From the IMG/VR virus record IMGVR_UViG_3300031707_000002: 64,000 nucleotides of DNA; one strand, written 5' to 3'. The notes beneath the pieces are model-generated. The model saw only the letters and a list, made by a program, of their open reading frames with translations. It had not been told where the DNA came from and made no database searches. Shown piece after piece: positions 16,348 through 25,839 of this stretch. The first letter of the stretch is position 1. Every line of letters starts with the position of its first letter. Source of the DNA: an uncultured virus (IMG/VR IMGVR_UViG_3300031707_000002) (lineage: Duplodnaviria; Heunggongvirae; Uroviricota; Caudoviricetes). The translations under genes and the position numbers were made by a program.

Positions 16348-16547
16348 CAATCTTCCCCTAAAAATTTCAGGATTCTCTTGTGTCTCTTCTTCTTCGCACA
16401 CATCCGACAAAATAGATCATCCTTTATCTTACACTCTATGCACGGGTCTTTAGCAGCACGATCAATAGCCTCATCTTCGGCCTTTTCTTCATCAGAAAGA
16501 GCATTATGAACACTCTCACCTTTTTTAACAACACCCACATCCCTCAT
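16347..16547 (-). CDS. hypothetical Cys4 protein
   Basis: 66 aa, CIEC...CRMC. Confidence 0.55.
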   Translation of the reverse strand: MRDVGVVKKGESVHNALSDEEKAEDEAIDRAAKDPCIECKIKDDLFCRMCAKKKRHKRILKFLGED

Positions 16548-16548
16548 A

Positions 16549-16821
16549 TCACACCACCCTATACATCAACTTAGAAGAAAAAATCTTCGATCTCGAAAGA
16601 TCACAATACGAAAACCTTACCCACCCATACTGACAATTTTTATCTTCTTCCTCCATAGTAACAACTACAGAACTACCATCAACCAAGACGCCCCTCTCCA
16701 CAAGTACAAAATCACCATGCATCTCTTTAGAAACATGAATACTTACATACTTCTTGTAGATAGAAGTAAAAGGGGTCTTAAACGTCAAAATAAACGGTTG
16801 ACCCTTTTTCAACACCAGCAT
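16549..16821 (-). CDS. hypothetical protein
   Basis: Start placed at MLVLKKG, just after the polymerase stop. Confidence 0.5.
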   Translation of the reverse strand: MLVLKKGQPFILTFKTPFTSIYKKYVSIHVSKEMHGDFVLVERGVLVDGSSVVVTMEEEDKNCQYGWVRFSYCDLSRSKIFSSKLMYRVV

Positions 16822-16823
16822 AA

Positions 16824-19007
16824 TCACCCTTTCTTCGGAACCCACATTCCGTTTGTATAAGTAAATGGAAACATCGTCCCCCATGACCTTCCAATAGAAA
16901 TCTCCGCAAGCATAGGCACCTTCCACTCCGGTATCTTAATCTGCATAATGTCTTGTAGAGTCAACACCATCTCCGTAAACCTGACAGGATCTCTTGCGTC
17001 AATAGAGAAGTTTATCTCATCATGTATTGACGATTTCAGAAAAATCCCGTCTTCTTTTCCAATCCACTTCCTACAAGAGTTATATATTTTTATTAAAGCT
17101 ATTCTCATCATATCTGCTGCTGTTCCTTGAACAGAGTGATTCACAGCAGTTCTATCTGCATATCCTTCCAACCTACGGTTTCCAGAACTGTACCAATACC
17201 TCACCCTTCTCTTACGCCCAAAATATGTTGAAACTTCACCGTACTGTCTCCCATAAGCCTTCACACCATTACTCCAACTACGGATTCCTAAAAGATTACC
17301 CCACCAATTGTCAAGTAATACCTGTGCCTCATTCTCAGGTATACCAAGCTGCCTTGAAAATGACTTGGCTGACCCACCATATAAGCTCCCAAAATTTAAC
17401 ACCTTCGCTGTCTTCCTTACCTCTCTGTTATACAACGACTCATCACCATGACATATACAAGTCATAGCCGTTGACACATGAACATCCTTACCTGTAGTAA
17501 ATGCATCAATCCATACTGGTTCATTTGCTAAATTAGCGGGAATCCTGAGTTCTTGTGAGGAATAATCTATTGAAACAAGTAGATGGTAAGGATAATTAGG
17601 CATATAAGCAGCACGAACATTCTCCTCAAGGGAACATCCTTCCACCCCCTCCTTACCATCTACCTTCTCAAAATGATACCCAAGAAATGAAAACAAATCC
17701 GGGGAGTCTACTGGTGTATTCACTACCACTGCATTATAATACTGTGAGTGCGGCTTAGGAATAGCTTGCCCATTTATTTTACAATAATACTTGTTCTTTG
17801 CATCAGAACCAGAGGCAAACCTACCAGAGGGTGTTGCATTGTACTTATAAGCAAATCTTACTGCCCCTCCTAAATCCTCTCTCCACTCATTCAAAAACGG
17901 CTTACAATATGTTGTCTCAAACTTTTTCAATTTTTTATACTTCATTAACAAAGGTATAACAGGATGCTCGTCTTGTATCTCCTCTAACGCCTCTTCATCT
18001 GTTGATACGCTCTTACCTGATTTCGTCCTCTTGGATGGTGTGATTCCAATAGTTGCCAAAGCCTGTAAGACCTGCTTCGGGGAACCTAACCCAAAGTTAT
18101 ACCCAAACTGAGTAAAGATTTCCGCAGATAAATTTGCGAGTGTGTTAGTAACATCTGCATCTAACTTCAAAATCATGTCTTTGTTAATCTTAAAAGGGTC
18201 ATCTTCCATTACCATTAACGGAACAAGAACCTGATTGTCTATGTCGTTTACAAACTTACATTCATTGTAGATGTTGTACATCACATAAATCAAGTTGTAT
18301 GGAGCAAGAACATCATCACACGCATACTCAAAGCACTCGTTCGGATCATTGTAAGCGAAGTTGGTAGCTGCTTCTGTTTTCTTCCCAAAGTCTTCCCCGG
18401 CCTCTGGGATCTCTTCTGTCGGCACGTCCCCACCACCAGCATCTCCAACGTCAGCCTCAGTCTGCATGACCTCCTCGAAGGTCCGCATCTTCCACCCAAG
18501 GAAATGTAGTGCAGCCCACTTCAGGCTTGGCATTGCTATATTTGTGTCAGCATTGTAAACAACAACTGACATATCGAAGTATGGCAACTTTTCAAGATCG
18601 TAAAACTTACCCAACCCCGCCTTCTTTAAGAAACGGTAGTCAAACCTGTAATTGTAAAACAATACCCTCTTTGCATGACTACAGAAAGCCGCCACAACCT
18701 GCAAAGCCAAGTCCATTGAAACATTCTGACCGTTGAAATGACCCACTGGCATATAGAACGCCTGAGTCCTGCTTATCGCCATTGAAATACCAACAATATT
18801 TTCCTTTTCTATATTCAACCCTGTTGTTTCTGTATCAATCGCTATCATCTCAGGCTGAAAGGCATGTGCAGCCGCAACCAATGCCCGTAACTGGTCATCA
18901 GTAGTTATCAATCTCCTCTCCTGACCGGAAGGATAGTTCGGGTCTGGCTTTGCAGGTGCAAACCAGTGGACATATCCCTTTTGTCTTACATCTTTACCTA
19001 CAGCCAT
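16824..19007 (-). CDS. DNA polymerase family A with 3'-5' exonuclease
   Basis: ExoI AIDTETTGL, ExoII YNYRFD, ExoIII YACDD; motif A IDYSSQELR, motif B RKTAKVLNFGSLYG, motif C IHDEI. Confidence 0.95.
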   Translation of the reverse strand: MAVGKDVRQKGYVHWFAPAKPDPNYPSGQERRLITTDDQLRALVAAAHAFQPEMIAIDTETTGLNIEKENIVGISMAISRTQAFYMPVGHFNGQNVSMDLALQVVAAFCSHAKRVLFYNYRFDYRFLKKAGLGKFYDLEKLPYFDMSVVVYNADTNIAMPSLKWAALHFLGWKMRTFEEVMQTEADVGDAGGGDVPTEEIPEAGEDFGKKTEAATNFAYNDPNECFEYACDDVLAPYNLIYVMYNIYNECKFVNDIDNQVLVPLMVMEDDPFKINKDMILKLDADVTNTLANLSAEIFTQFGYNFGLGSPKQVLQALATIGITPSKRTKSGKSVSTDEEALEEIQDEHPVIPLLMKYKKLKKFETTYCKPFLNEWREDLGGAVRFAYKYNATPSGRFASGSDAKNKYYCKINGQAIPKPHSQYYNAVVVNTPVDSPDLFSFLGYHFEKVDGKEGVEGCSLEENVRAAYMPNYPYHLLVSIDYSSQELRIPANLANEPVWIDAFTTGKDVHVSTAMTCICHGDESLYNREVRKTAKVLNFGSLYGGSAKSFSRQLGIPENEAQVLLDNWWGNLLGIRSWSNGVKAYGRQYGEVSTYFGRKRRVRYWYSSGNRRLEGYADRTAVNHSVQGTAADMMRIALIKIYNSCRKWIGKEDGIFLKSSIHDEINFSIDARDPVRFTEMVLTLQDIMQIKIPEWKVPMLAEISIGRSWGTMFPFTYTNGMWVPKKG

Positions 19008-19010
19008 AAA

Positions 19011-19454
19011 TCAAATCTTCCTGTTATTCAGTGTTCTTACAAAAGAAGTACAAACCATGTTAGAGTAATCAAGAAATTTCAACTTACCAGCCATAAACTT
19101 AGACCGCTCAAAAAGCAAGTCCCCACGTAAATCTATACGTTCAAAATTGGTAAATCCTAAAGCTATCTCTTCCGGCACATCCCCCCGTGATCTTAGTGTT
19201 CTCTCTATTTCAACATCGGAATATCCAAGAAATACCAAGATGTCATAAGGACGATACTGTTTTGCCTCTGAAAAACAATGAAAACACTCTTTGAAAATCT
19301 TTCCAGAACGCTTTCCACCAGCCTCGTCATCGTGAAAAGGACAAAAACAGTTCTGCCCTACCCACGGCTCCTGTAACCCCACAAACTCAAGCAACGGCAG
19401 GAGCTTAAAATCATGGTTTGCCCACCGTATCAATATTCCTTTTGGTAAACTCAT
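19011..19454 (-). CDS. CHC2 zinc-finger (DnaG N-terminal-like) protein lacking a TOPRIM domain
   Basis: CPFHDD....SGKIF...FHCFS; only 147 aa. Confidence 0.7.
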   Translation of the reverse strand: MSLPKGILIRWANHDFKLLPLLEFVGLQEPWVGQNCFCPFHDDEAGGKRSGKIFKECFHCFSEAKQYRPYDILVFLGYSDVEIERTLRSRGDVPEEIALGFTNFERIDLRGDLLFERSKFMAGKLKFLDYSNMVCTSFVRTLNNRKI

Positions 19455-19484
19455 CCCTGCACCCCATAACCAATAATCCGGTAA

Positions 19485-19661
19485 TCAAAGATGCTTCAAA
19501 GCAGGAATCACTTCTTGATGAATCTTCTTCCCAAATAACTGATGTGCCGCAGAAAATACAACCTCTACAGTCACAAGAGCTACACACATCAAAAGTATCA
19601 TCGTCAAAACCATCATAACCCCAGAAATTCCTGTCTTATTACGAAAAGAAAATACTGGCAT
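19485..19661 (-). CDS. 58-aa single-TM peptide with a pilin-like leader (not in the ORF track)
   Basis: GGAGG SD; MPVFSFRNKTG-ISGVMMVLTMILLMCVALVTVEVVFSAAHQLFGKKIHQEVIPALKHL. Confidence 0.6.
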   Translation of the reverse strand: MPVFSFRNKTGISGVMMVLTMILLMCVALVTVEVVFSAAHQLFGKKIHQEVIPALKHL

Positions 19662-19670
19662 ACCCCCTCC

Positions 19671-21056
19671 TTACGTCATAAAGTTTGGAAGAGTGTTTGT
19701 CAATAACAACTGCGAATAATCAATCGAACCTGCATCACCCACACCCTGACGTTCATCACCAACAACACAAAACTCAGGGTCAAATGGTATGGTCACTGGC
19801 TTATCAAATGAGTTTACATAACGGTTCTTCGGAAGATTAACCATCATTTCTTTTCTCTGCTTCAATGAATCATTTAGATAAACAAACGAGACATACGTTG
19901 AATCCCTCTCTAATGAATTTATCTCTGCCAACGCTGTAAGCGGATACAACCCCTCCGTTCCCCCACGTCCCGGCTGTCTCGCCAACTCATACCATGTCCT
20001 GTTTGTCTGTGAAAGCATCATCAACGAGAATGATCTTCCGTTGAAGTCCATACACATATTATTGAAAAATGAAACATACCTGTTTGCTGGTTCATCCATA
20101 CCCGGAGGTGCAATGAACTTAAACTTCTGAGCATAGTCTATAACCATGTAATGTATAGGAAAATTCACCCTCATCAACCGTGACATAATACCTGAAAAAG
20201 ACGTGTTTGAGAAATCAGATATATCAAGAAACTCTATCTTGCCATACTCAGAATTATTAAACAAATCCTCATGTACAGGACCAAGGATATGCTTCTCTTC
20301 GTCTGCGTTCATGTTTGCAAAGATCAACTTCTCCTTCGGGACAGGTCTGAACAATTTCTGAAATTTTTCATGCTTTGAGTGCCTTGACAAGTAGTAAGAT
20401 ATGAGCAACGCTTTCGGCATCTCAAATGAAAGAAACACTCCATTTAACCCACACTTAGTAGAATTACCATAAGATGATGAAATTGCAAAAGATGTCTTCC
20501 CTTGTCCTGCAAAACCCCCAACCGTGTACATGGTTCCAAAAGCTACACCACGCATCTCATCATCAAGATTTTTCACAAATGTCAACATCCCGGCAGGCTC
20601 ATCTTTACGCTTCAGATAAGCCTCAGCATAGTCAAACTTCTTTTGCTCGTTTACGGTACTTACTGACTCCAAGACCTTTGAGAGTCTGGTAAGAATGTCC
20701 TCTCTTGATAGGTTCTGTATGTCTTTGGAAATCTCCCCTAACTTCCGTGATAACTCACCTTTCTTTACGCTCTCTTGATGACCCTCTACTTGGTCAAGAA
20801 ATTCCGCTAAGTTAATCCCATCTTTTAACTGAGGCACAGACCCCACGTACCCCAAACTCCCAACCATATAGTCCAGGGAAGGTACTGTGCCTGCCTTCAC
20901 AACAAGAGTGGAGATTTTCTTTAGGACAGGATCATCTACAGTAGGAAGTATTGCCTGTATCAAGGCACACTTGTTAGCAAATACCTCACTGCCCAACAAG
21001 TAGGCAATGACGTAATCCGTAGCTGTATAGCTGACGTAACTACTTTGTTCTGGCAT
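19671..21056 (-). CDS. DnaB-like replicative helicase
   Basis: Walker A GGFAGQGKT, FLSFEM, Walker B MVIDY, MLSQTNR, LERDS, KNR. Confidence 0.85.
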   Translation of the reverse strand: MPEQSSYVSYTATDYVIAYLLGSEVFANKCALIQAILPTVDDPVLKKISTLVVKAGTVPSLDYMVGSLGYVGSVPQLKDGINLAEFLDQVEGHQESVKKGELSRKLGEISKDIQNLSREDILTRLSKVLESVSTVNEQKKFDYAEAYLKRKDEPAGMLTFVKNLDDEMRGVAFGTMYTVGGFAGQGKTSFAISSSYGNSTKCGLNGVFLSFEMPKALLISYYLSRHSKHEKFQKLFRPVPKEKLIFANMNADEEKHILGPVHEDLFNNSEYGKIEFLDISDFSNTSFSGIMSRLMRVNFPIHYMVIDYAQKFKFIAPPGMDEPANRYVSFFNNMCMDFNGRSFSLMMLSQTNRTWYELARQPGRGGTEGLYPLTALAEINSLERDSTYVSFVYLNDSLKQRKEMMVNLPKNRYVNSFDKPVTIPFDPEFCVVGDERQGVGDAGSIDYSQLLLTNTLPNFMT

Positions 21057-21396
21057 CTTTTTTCTTGTTCTTGTAGGAAGAAATAATCATCGCCCTGATG
21101 CACTTGTCAATTTCCGTTGACTTTGTTGGGTATGCTATTTCCCCTACAGCATGAAGATAAAACCATCTTGATAATCTGGACACCACAGACGGGGAATCCT
21201 TCACGACTATGTAGGTAATTCCACTCCACCTAATAAACCAATACCTAAGAAAAGACAACTTATTATTTGAGATAAGCAGGTACTTCGTGGTCATATCTTT
21301 AAGGCTTTTCACAGCCTCATACTCGTGACCACCCTGACCAAGAACTATACTCAGGATGTCAAGCGATTCCTTGTCAAGCATAACTGAGATTTTCAT
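21040..21396 (-). CDS. hypothetical protein, possibly a degenerate receiver-like fold
   Basis: 118 aa; alternating beta/alpha pattern reminiscent of REC domains but without the catalytic Asp/Lys. Confidence 0.5.
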   Translation of the reverse strand: MKISVMLDKESLDILSIVLGQGGHEYEAVKSLKDMTTKYLLISNNKLSFLRYWFIRWSGITYIVVKDSPSVVSRLSRWFYLHAVGEIAYPTKSTEIDKCIRAMIISSYKNKKKDARTK

Positions 21397-22244
21397 AATT
21401 TACGGCTCGGTCCTTTCCTTGGAGGCATTGGACTTCTTGACGGGTCTGACGCTGTGTAGGTTAATTTTATGTCTGCGGAACTCTTTGCCTTTCTCTTCTC
21501 AACCGGCTTATCTACAACCGGCCTACTCACCAAAACCGTATCTAACTTTTGCTCTACAAGAGGTGCCTCTTGTTTCTGTGTCTTACACGGGTCACTACCA
21601 GCCACACCACCCCACGACTTCGGTACATCACACCCGTATGTTAGTAAACCAAACTTCGCTTTTTTGAAAAACTCAGACAGAACTACATCCCCAACAACAT
21701 CCCCTAAAACCCTCTGGCCTACCTTCGTGTAGTAATACTTGCTATACAGCGGGAACTCTCTCCCCTTTACAAAAACCCATGTGTGCCTGTCCTGCATCTG
21801 CCTACGTTCAACCAGATTCGCAATAAGAGTCGGCATAAGATTGTTTGTAGGGTCATGGAATCCCACAAACAAGGCAAGATGTTTATACCCCGCTAAATCA
21901 GACAGGCTCTTGCAAGGCTCCACCTCTGGATTCGACTGCATGAAAATCTTAATAACATCTTCTGTCTCTATCTTCCTGAAAGAGCCTGAAAACCCTGTCT
22001 TTGTCCAAAAATAAGCTGCTGCCCAATTGATAATACGAACATCATCTACGTTTACAAAGAATACTATATCCCGGTCAAGATTCTCGTTCTTCAGTTTATC
22101 CACTATTCCCAAATCCCCAATAACATCACCTATTGACATCTGAATCATCTTCTGCATCGAAGTGTACCTGTAACACTCACAGGCAACCCATAGGTCATCC
22201 TTCTTATAGTAATTCTCACCCTTACATAGAGGACAATCAGACAT
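21393..22244 (-). CDS. DnaC/IstB-like helicase loader (degenerate)
   Basis: N-terminal CPLCKG...CEC zinc site and 'LIANLVERRQMQDRHTW'; adjacent to DnaB; Walker A not recognisable. Confidence 0.55.
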   Translation of the reverse strand: MSDCPLCKGENYYKKDDLWVACECYRYTSMQKMIQMSIGDVIGDLGIVDKLKNENLDRDIVFFVNVDDVRIINWAAAYFWTKTGFSGSFRKIETEDVIKIFMQSNPEVEPCKSLSDLAGYKHLALFVGFHDPTNNLMPTLIANLVERRQMQDRHTWVFVKGREFPLYSKYYYTKVGQRVLGDVVGDVVLSEFFKKAKFGLLTYGCDVPKSWGGVAGSDPCKTQKQEAPLVEQKLDTVLVSRPVVDKPVEKRKAKSSADIKLTYTASDPSRSPMPPRKGPSRKL

Positions 22245-23718
22245 ACACTTTCCCTTTTGCTAACCCTCGTAACTCTTTCTTCTTCCACAACAAATCCTTA
22301 CGCATCTTGATTATATAATCTTTAGTTGGTTCTGAATCAATCTCAGGTAGGTTAGGGTTTTGAGAAATAACCTTCTTAATCTTGTCTGCATTATGCTCTA
22401 ACATCAACCTCTTGTAGGTATCTATCGTGTCTTTAGCCTCAATTATGAATATCTCCATGAAGTTGTGCTCGGTGTTCACTCGCACGACTCGGCCTACCAC
22501 CTGCACAAACTCCCCTATTGAAAACGTCAGGTTGAAGAATATCACCGTATTCGACACCTGAAGATTCAAACTCTCACCACCTGCACCTGTCATAACAATA
22601 ATTGATTTTTTCTTAAAACTTTCAACAACATCTTCCCTCTTCTCCAAAGACGTTGCCCCTGTAATCACATATATATCTACGTCAGGGAACTCCTTCTTAA
22701 ACAGCTTCTTCAGCCTATCCACAGGCTCCTTCAGGGATGAATACACGATCACTGCCTTGTCCTCGGCCAACTTCTTAGCAACAAGCTCTACACATCGTCG
22801 CTCTTTTGATGAAACTTTAGATAAATCTTCTCCGTCTCCCCCGGTGTCTGCCGCACGCTGTAAGTCAGGAAGTCTTGCCGCAAAATCCTTGTAAGTACCA
22901 CCAAGAATACCCATTGCCGCACGAAGGTATAGGGTATTCTCTTCAGGTGTCAACTCTACAACCTCACTAATGAATCTTACATCATACTCTCTGAATCTCA
23001 CCAACACATACGGCTTGATTATCTCGTGCAGGATATTAAGGTTCCTGTATCCCACAACCTCAAAGAATGTAATCAACCCCATCTTCCGCATCTTCTGAAT
23101 TGTAAACTGCCTCATGTACGATGTCTTTGTTCCCAATACCTTCGGAAATAGGAAATCTACTAACACGAACAGGTCTTCTATGTGGTTTAACAGGGGAGTT
23201 GCGGTTAGTCCCCACGTTACTAAACTATGCTGCCTCAAAACCTTACACAGACCATACCAAGTCATGCCCTTGTTCTTATCATTATCCCTGTAAAACTTTC
23301 TATTCTTAATCTTGTGCATTTCATCAAGAACTAAGATAACCTTATTTGTCAAGAACAACTTCTCAAGGTAGAATCTTGCTTCTTCCAACTGATGATACGT
23401 TACAATCGTTATATCCTCATCCCCAGGAAACAAAGGGCCATACTCCTGTAATGTCCACTCAGAACGACACAAGAAGTATTTGTAATTAGTCTTACTCTCA
23501 ATCTCTTTACGCCATGTCACTGTTGCTGATTTTGTACAAACTACAAGAAGATGAAACTTACCAGCAGGATTCTTTCTCCTCACAGCCTCGTAAGCCGCTA
23601 ACGCAGCATACGTCTTACCCAAGCCTGTTCCAAAAGCTAGTAAATGATCAACAGGCTGAGACAGTATCTTTACCGCCTCAGCCTGTTCTTCCAGCAACAA
23701 TGTCTCGAAATGGGGCAT
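22237..23718 (-). CDS. SNF2-family (SF2) helicase
   Basis: GTGLGKT, LDEMH, LTATP, GGESLNLQ, QVVGRVVR. Confidence 0.9.
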   Translation of the reverse strand: MPHFETLLLEEQAEAVKILSQPVDHLLAFGTGLGKTYAALAAYEAVRRKNPAGKFHLLVVCTKSATVTWRKEIESKTNYKYFLCRSEWTLQEYGPLFPGDEDITIVTYHQLEEARFYLEKLFLTNKVILVLDEMHKIKNRKFYRDNDKNKGMTWYGLCKVLRQHSLVTWGLTATPLLNHIEDLFVLVDFLFPKVLGTKTSYMRQFTIQKMRKMGLITFFEVVGYRNLNILHEIIKPYVLVRFREYDVRFISEVVELTPEENTLYLRAAMGILGGTYKDFAARLPDLQRAADTGGDGEDLSKVSSKERRCVELVAKKLAEDKAVIVYSSLKEPVDRLKKLFKKEFPDVDIYVITGATSLEKREDVVESFKKKSIIVMTGAGGESLNLQVSNTVIFFNLTFSIGEFVQVVGRVVRVNTEHNFMEIFIIEAKDTIDTYKRLMLEHNADKIKKVISQNPNLPEIDSEPTKDYIIKMRKDLLWKKKELRGLAKGKVYV

Positions 23719-23897
23719 TACTCCCTCGGAGGGTCTAACTCAAAAATCTCATCACAATACTTACATTTGTACTGGCCGGGAACACCAGTAGGATAAGCTA
23801 CACTATGCGTACAAATCTTCTGATCTCTCTTATCAAATATCCTTCCCCAATCTTCATCACTGATTTTATTACTTGTAGGTCTTGAAACAATTGACAT
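23718..23897 (-). CDS. 59-aa zinc-finger hypothetical protein (not in the ORF track)
   Basis: MSIVSRPTSNKISDEDWGRIF...CTH...YKCKYCDE; its TAA overlaps the helicase ATG. Confidence 0.6.
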   Translation of the reverse strand: MSIVSRPTSNKISDEDWGRIFDKRDQKICTHSVAYPTGVPGQYKCKYCDEIFELDPPRE

Positions 23898-23945
23898 TGA
23901 CTATGACCTTTCCTAATATATTCAACTAACCCCTAATAATCATTC

Positions 23946-23984
23946 AAATAAGAGAAGAAATTTTATTCTCTTCTCTTATTTTTT
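23946..23984. terminator. AT-rich hairpin, likely terminator downstream of the tmRNA unit
   Basis: AATAAGAGAAGA...TCTTCTCTTATT inverted repeat flanked by A/T runs. Confidence 0.5.
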
Positions 23985-24008
23985 AGAGAAACAGAACATT
24001 ATATGTAT

Positions 24009-24102
24009 GAGTGTTAGCCTTCTCCACTATGGTATTATCCATAAAGGATTGAGCCAATTGACTCCGAAGAAAAGAAGAAGGTAGGAGCATCACCAAACAC
24101 TC
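24009..24102 (-). ncRNA. putative structured RNA directly 3' of the tmRNA (element H)
   Basis: GAGTGTT/AACACTC closing stem and ACCTTCT/AGAAGGC inner stem; no ORF. Confidence 0.35.
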
Positions 24103-24121
24103 CAATAAACAAAGAAACAAG

Positions 24122-24534
24122 TGGAGGTGGGGGGAATTGAACCCCCGTCCAGAAAATACTCAATATTGACATCTACGTGTGTAGTCTCAGTTAAGTGTCA
24201 TGATAAGTATACTGAGGCCAAAATACTTACCACCAAGTTTCAGGTATTTTTCGGTGCTTTATGTCATGAAACCACCCACTTGCACCTAACCCTACTTTCG
24301 CCCACACACTCGGATACTTGTGTGGGCTAGTCACCTTTAGTTAGGCGACGCTGACAACTGGCATCGCCAGATCACACATCGCCGCGAAGCGAAGCGCAAA
24401 AGCAACACCAGCGTTGACCGTCGATTTCTCGGCAGCTAACATCTCCCCCGGACGATTTATGAGGCCAACCGGGAGAACCCTCCTCAACACGCAGTCAATA
24501 CTTTATACATTCTGTCGAAAACCAGATCACCCCC
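24122..24534 (-). ncRNA. ssrA: tmRNA
   Basis: 5' GGGGGTGATCTGGTTTTCGAC; 3' GACGGGGGTTCAATTCCCCCCACCTCCA (T-arm + acceptor stem with G3:U70-equivalent wobble). Tag ORF 24433-24341 follows the resume context UUAGCU. Confidence 0.95.
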
Positions 24535-24548
24535 CCTAAAATGAAAAA

Positions 24549-24735
24549 TGCTGGCAGGCTGGCATCTCAGTGGTTGCAACTACCAAGCACAAAATAGCCC
24601 GGCACTGAGACTTTTTCAGCCCACACCCTCCGGCAACAATACCCCACAATCAAAGATACCGAGCCGAGAGCGTGGTCAGGTTGTACACCCTGATAATAGA
24701 TTGATCAATTCCACACGCCCCGGACACGATACCCT
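24549..24735 (-). ncRNA. putative structured RNA(s) 5' of the tmRNA (elements F and G)
   Basis: F: AGGGTATCG/CGGTATCTT, CCGGGGCGTG/CACGCTCTCGG, TCAGG/CCTGA. G: GGGCTG/CAGCCT, TCTCAGTG/CACTGAGA. Begins about 6 nt after TATAAT. Confidence 0.5.
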
Positions 24736-24740
24736 ACAAC

Positions 24741-24770
24741 ATTATACGCTTCTGCGACCAAAAACGTAAA
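24741..24770 (-). promoter_or_regulatory. sigma70-type promoter for the RNA/tmRNA unit
   Basis: TTTACG-18 nt-TATAAT(24746-24741). Confidence 0.55.
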
Positions 24771-24776
24771 CCCAAG

Positions 24777-25172
24777 TCAGTTTCGCTTACGACCCTCCCA
24801 CGAGACAAAACCTTTCACGTCCTGATATGCCTTCTCCCAATCACCTGTAAAAGTAACCCCTCTATCGTCTAAATATATGTCAGAAACGCACTTACGGCTG
24901 TTGGTTATCTGATCTGGGTTATCATTTATATGATCAAAAGGGATGTCATTCGACTCAAGATACTGCCTAACCTGCCCTAGCTCATCCCTCGCCGTCCAAA
25001 TAATGATCTTCCAGCCATCGTCTCTCAATTTTTTCAAAAACTTACTTGCACCCTCAATAGGCATCCCAAATCTGCCTCTGCCTTTGAAGCCCTCAGAGTA
25101 GTCCGCAATCACACCGTCAAAATCAACGGCTATTGTCTTTCTTGTATCACCATTCTGCACAGGCAGGCCCAT
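24777..25172 (-). CDS. HAD-superfamily phosphatase
   Basis: IAVDFDGVI, IIWTAR, K...DIYLDDR. Confidence 0.85.
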   Translation of the reverse strand: MGLPVQNGDTRKTIAVDFDGVIADYSEGFKGRGRFGMPIEGASKFLKKLRDDGWKIIIWTARDELGQVRQYLESNDIPFDHINDNPDQITNSRKCVSDIYLDDRGVTFTGDWEKAYQDVKGFVSWEGRKRN

Positions 25173-25182
25173 GATCTTCTCC

Positions 25183-25377
25183 CTATATATGTTTCACCAA
25201 AGAAGAACCATTCTTCATGTCTACAAATTCAGCATCAACCTCACCTTGGCGATTAACAACCTGAAAGGATCTCACCTCGTTTTGAACTATAGAAAAATGT
25301 ACGCCCTTATATCGTTGAGTCTTACGATACTCCCTTCGTATCTCCGCGTCGTTCACTGTATAAGTCTGCATCATCAT
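25183..25377 (-). CDS. hypothetical protein
   Basis: 64 aa. Confidence 0.45.
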   Translation of the reverse strand: MMMQTYTVNDAEIRREYRKTQRYKGVHFSIVQNEVRSFQVVNRQGEVDAEFVDMKNGSSLVKHI

Positions 25378-25825
25378 TACTATCCAAAGATATGTCGTAG
25401 TAAGAACAAACAGATTTGATTATCTCGTCATCCCTCTTGAGAACCTTCTCTGCAATCAGAAGTAAAAGAACCTCTTTAATAACATACACAGAACTACTTG
25501 TTAGTTCTGGTGAGTATGAAACACAGTCAGGTGAAGTTACGTGAGGACACTTATATACATTGACACACAACCTACATCTGCTAATTACAAACCGCTCGTG
25601 AAAAGCCTTACCATCCTCACCTACCCACCTTTCAACAAACTCCTCACCCGGATCTTTCTTTATCTTCTCTCCCTCTACCCACTTATCAAGCTCCAACTTG
25701 TGAATCTCAGCAACCTGTTTCTTATGAAACGCCCCATACTCTATTGCTTTCCGAATGTTATCTTTTATCTCTCTACTATCATAATATCCAAATAATTTCA
25801 AGAGTTTTCGTAATAAAGAAAGCAT
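25322..25825 (-). CDS. hypothetical protein
   Basis: 167 aa with GGAGG SD. Confidence 0.65.
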   Translation of the reverse strand: MLSLLRKLLKLFGYYDSREIKDNIRKAIEYGAFHKKQVAEIHKLELDKWVEGEKIKKDPGEEFVERWVGEDGKAFHERFVISRCRLCVNVYKCPHVTSPDCVSYSPELTSSSVYVIKEVLLLLIAEKVLKRDDEIIKSVCSYYDISLDSNDDADLYSERRGDTKGVS

Positions 25826-25839
25826 ATTTCAGCCTCCTA

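Noticed and set aside
19638..19645. Fourth TTCGTA-type promoter motif (TTCGTAAT)
   Set aside because: It lies inside the 58-aa ORF 19485-19661 and deviates from the consensus.
12918..24395. Shared 12-mer GCTTCGCTTCGC in element A and the tmRNA tag region
   Set aside because: Short, internally repetitive and in the same orientation; compatible with chance.
24121..24769. Plus-strand ORFs 24121..24330 and 24548..24769
   Set aside because: They are antisense to the tmRNA (MEVGGIEPPS is the typical tRNA-like-end artefact) and to the upstream structured RNA.
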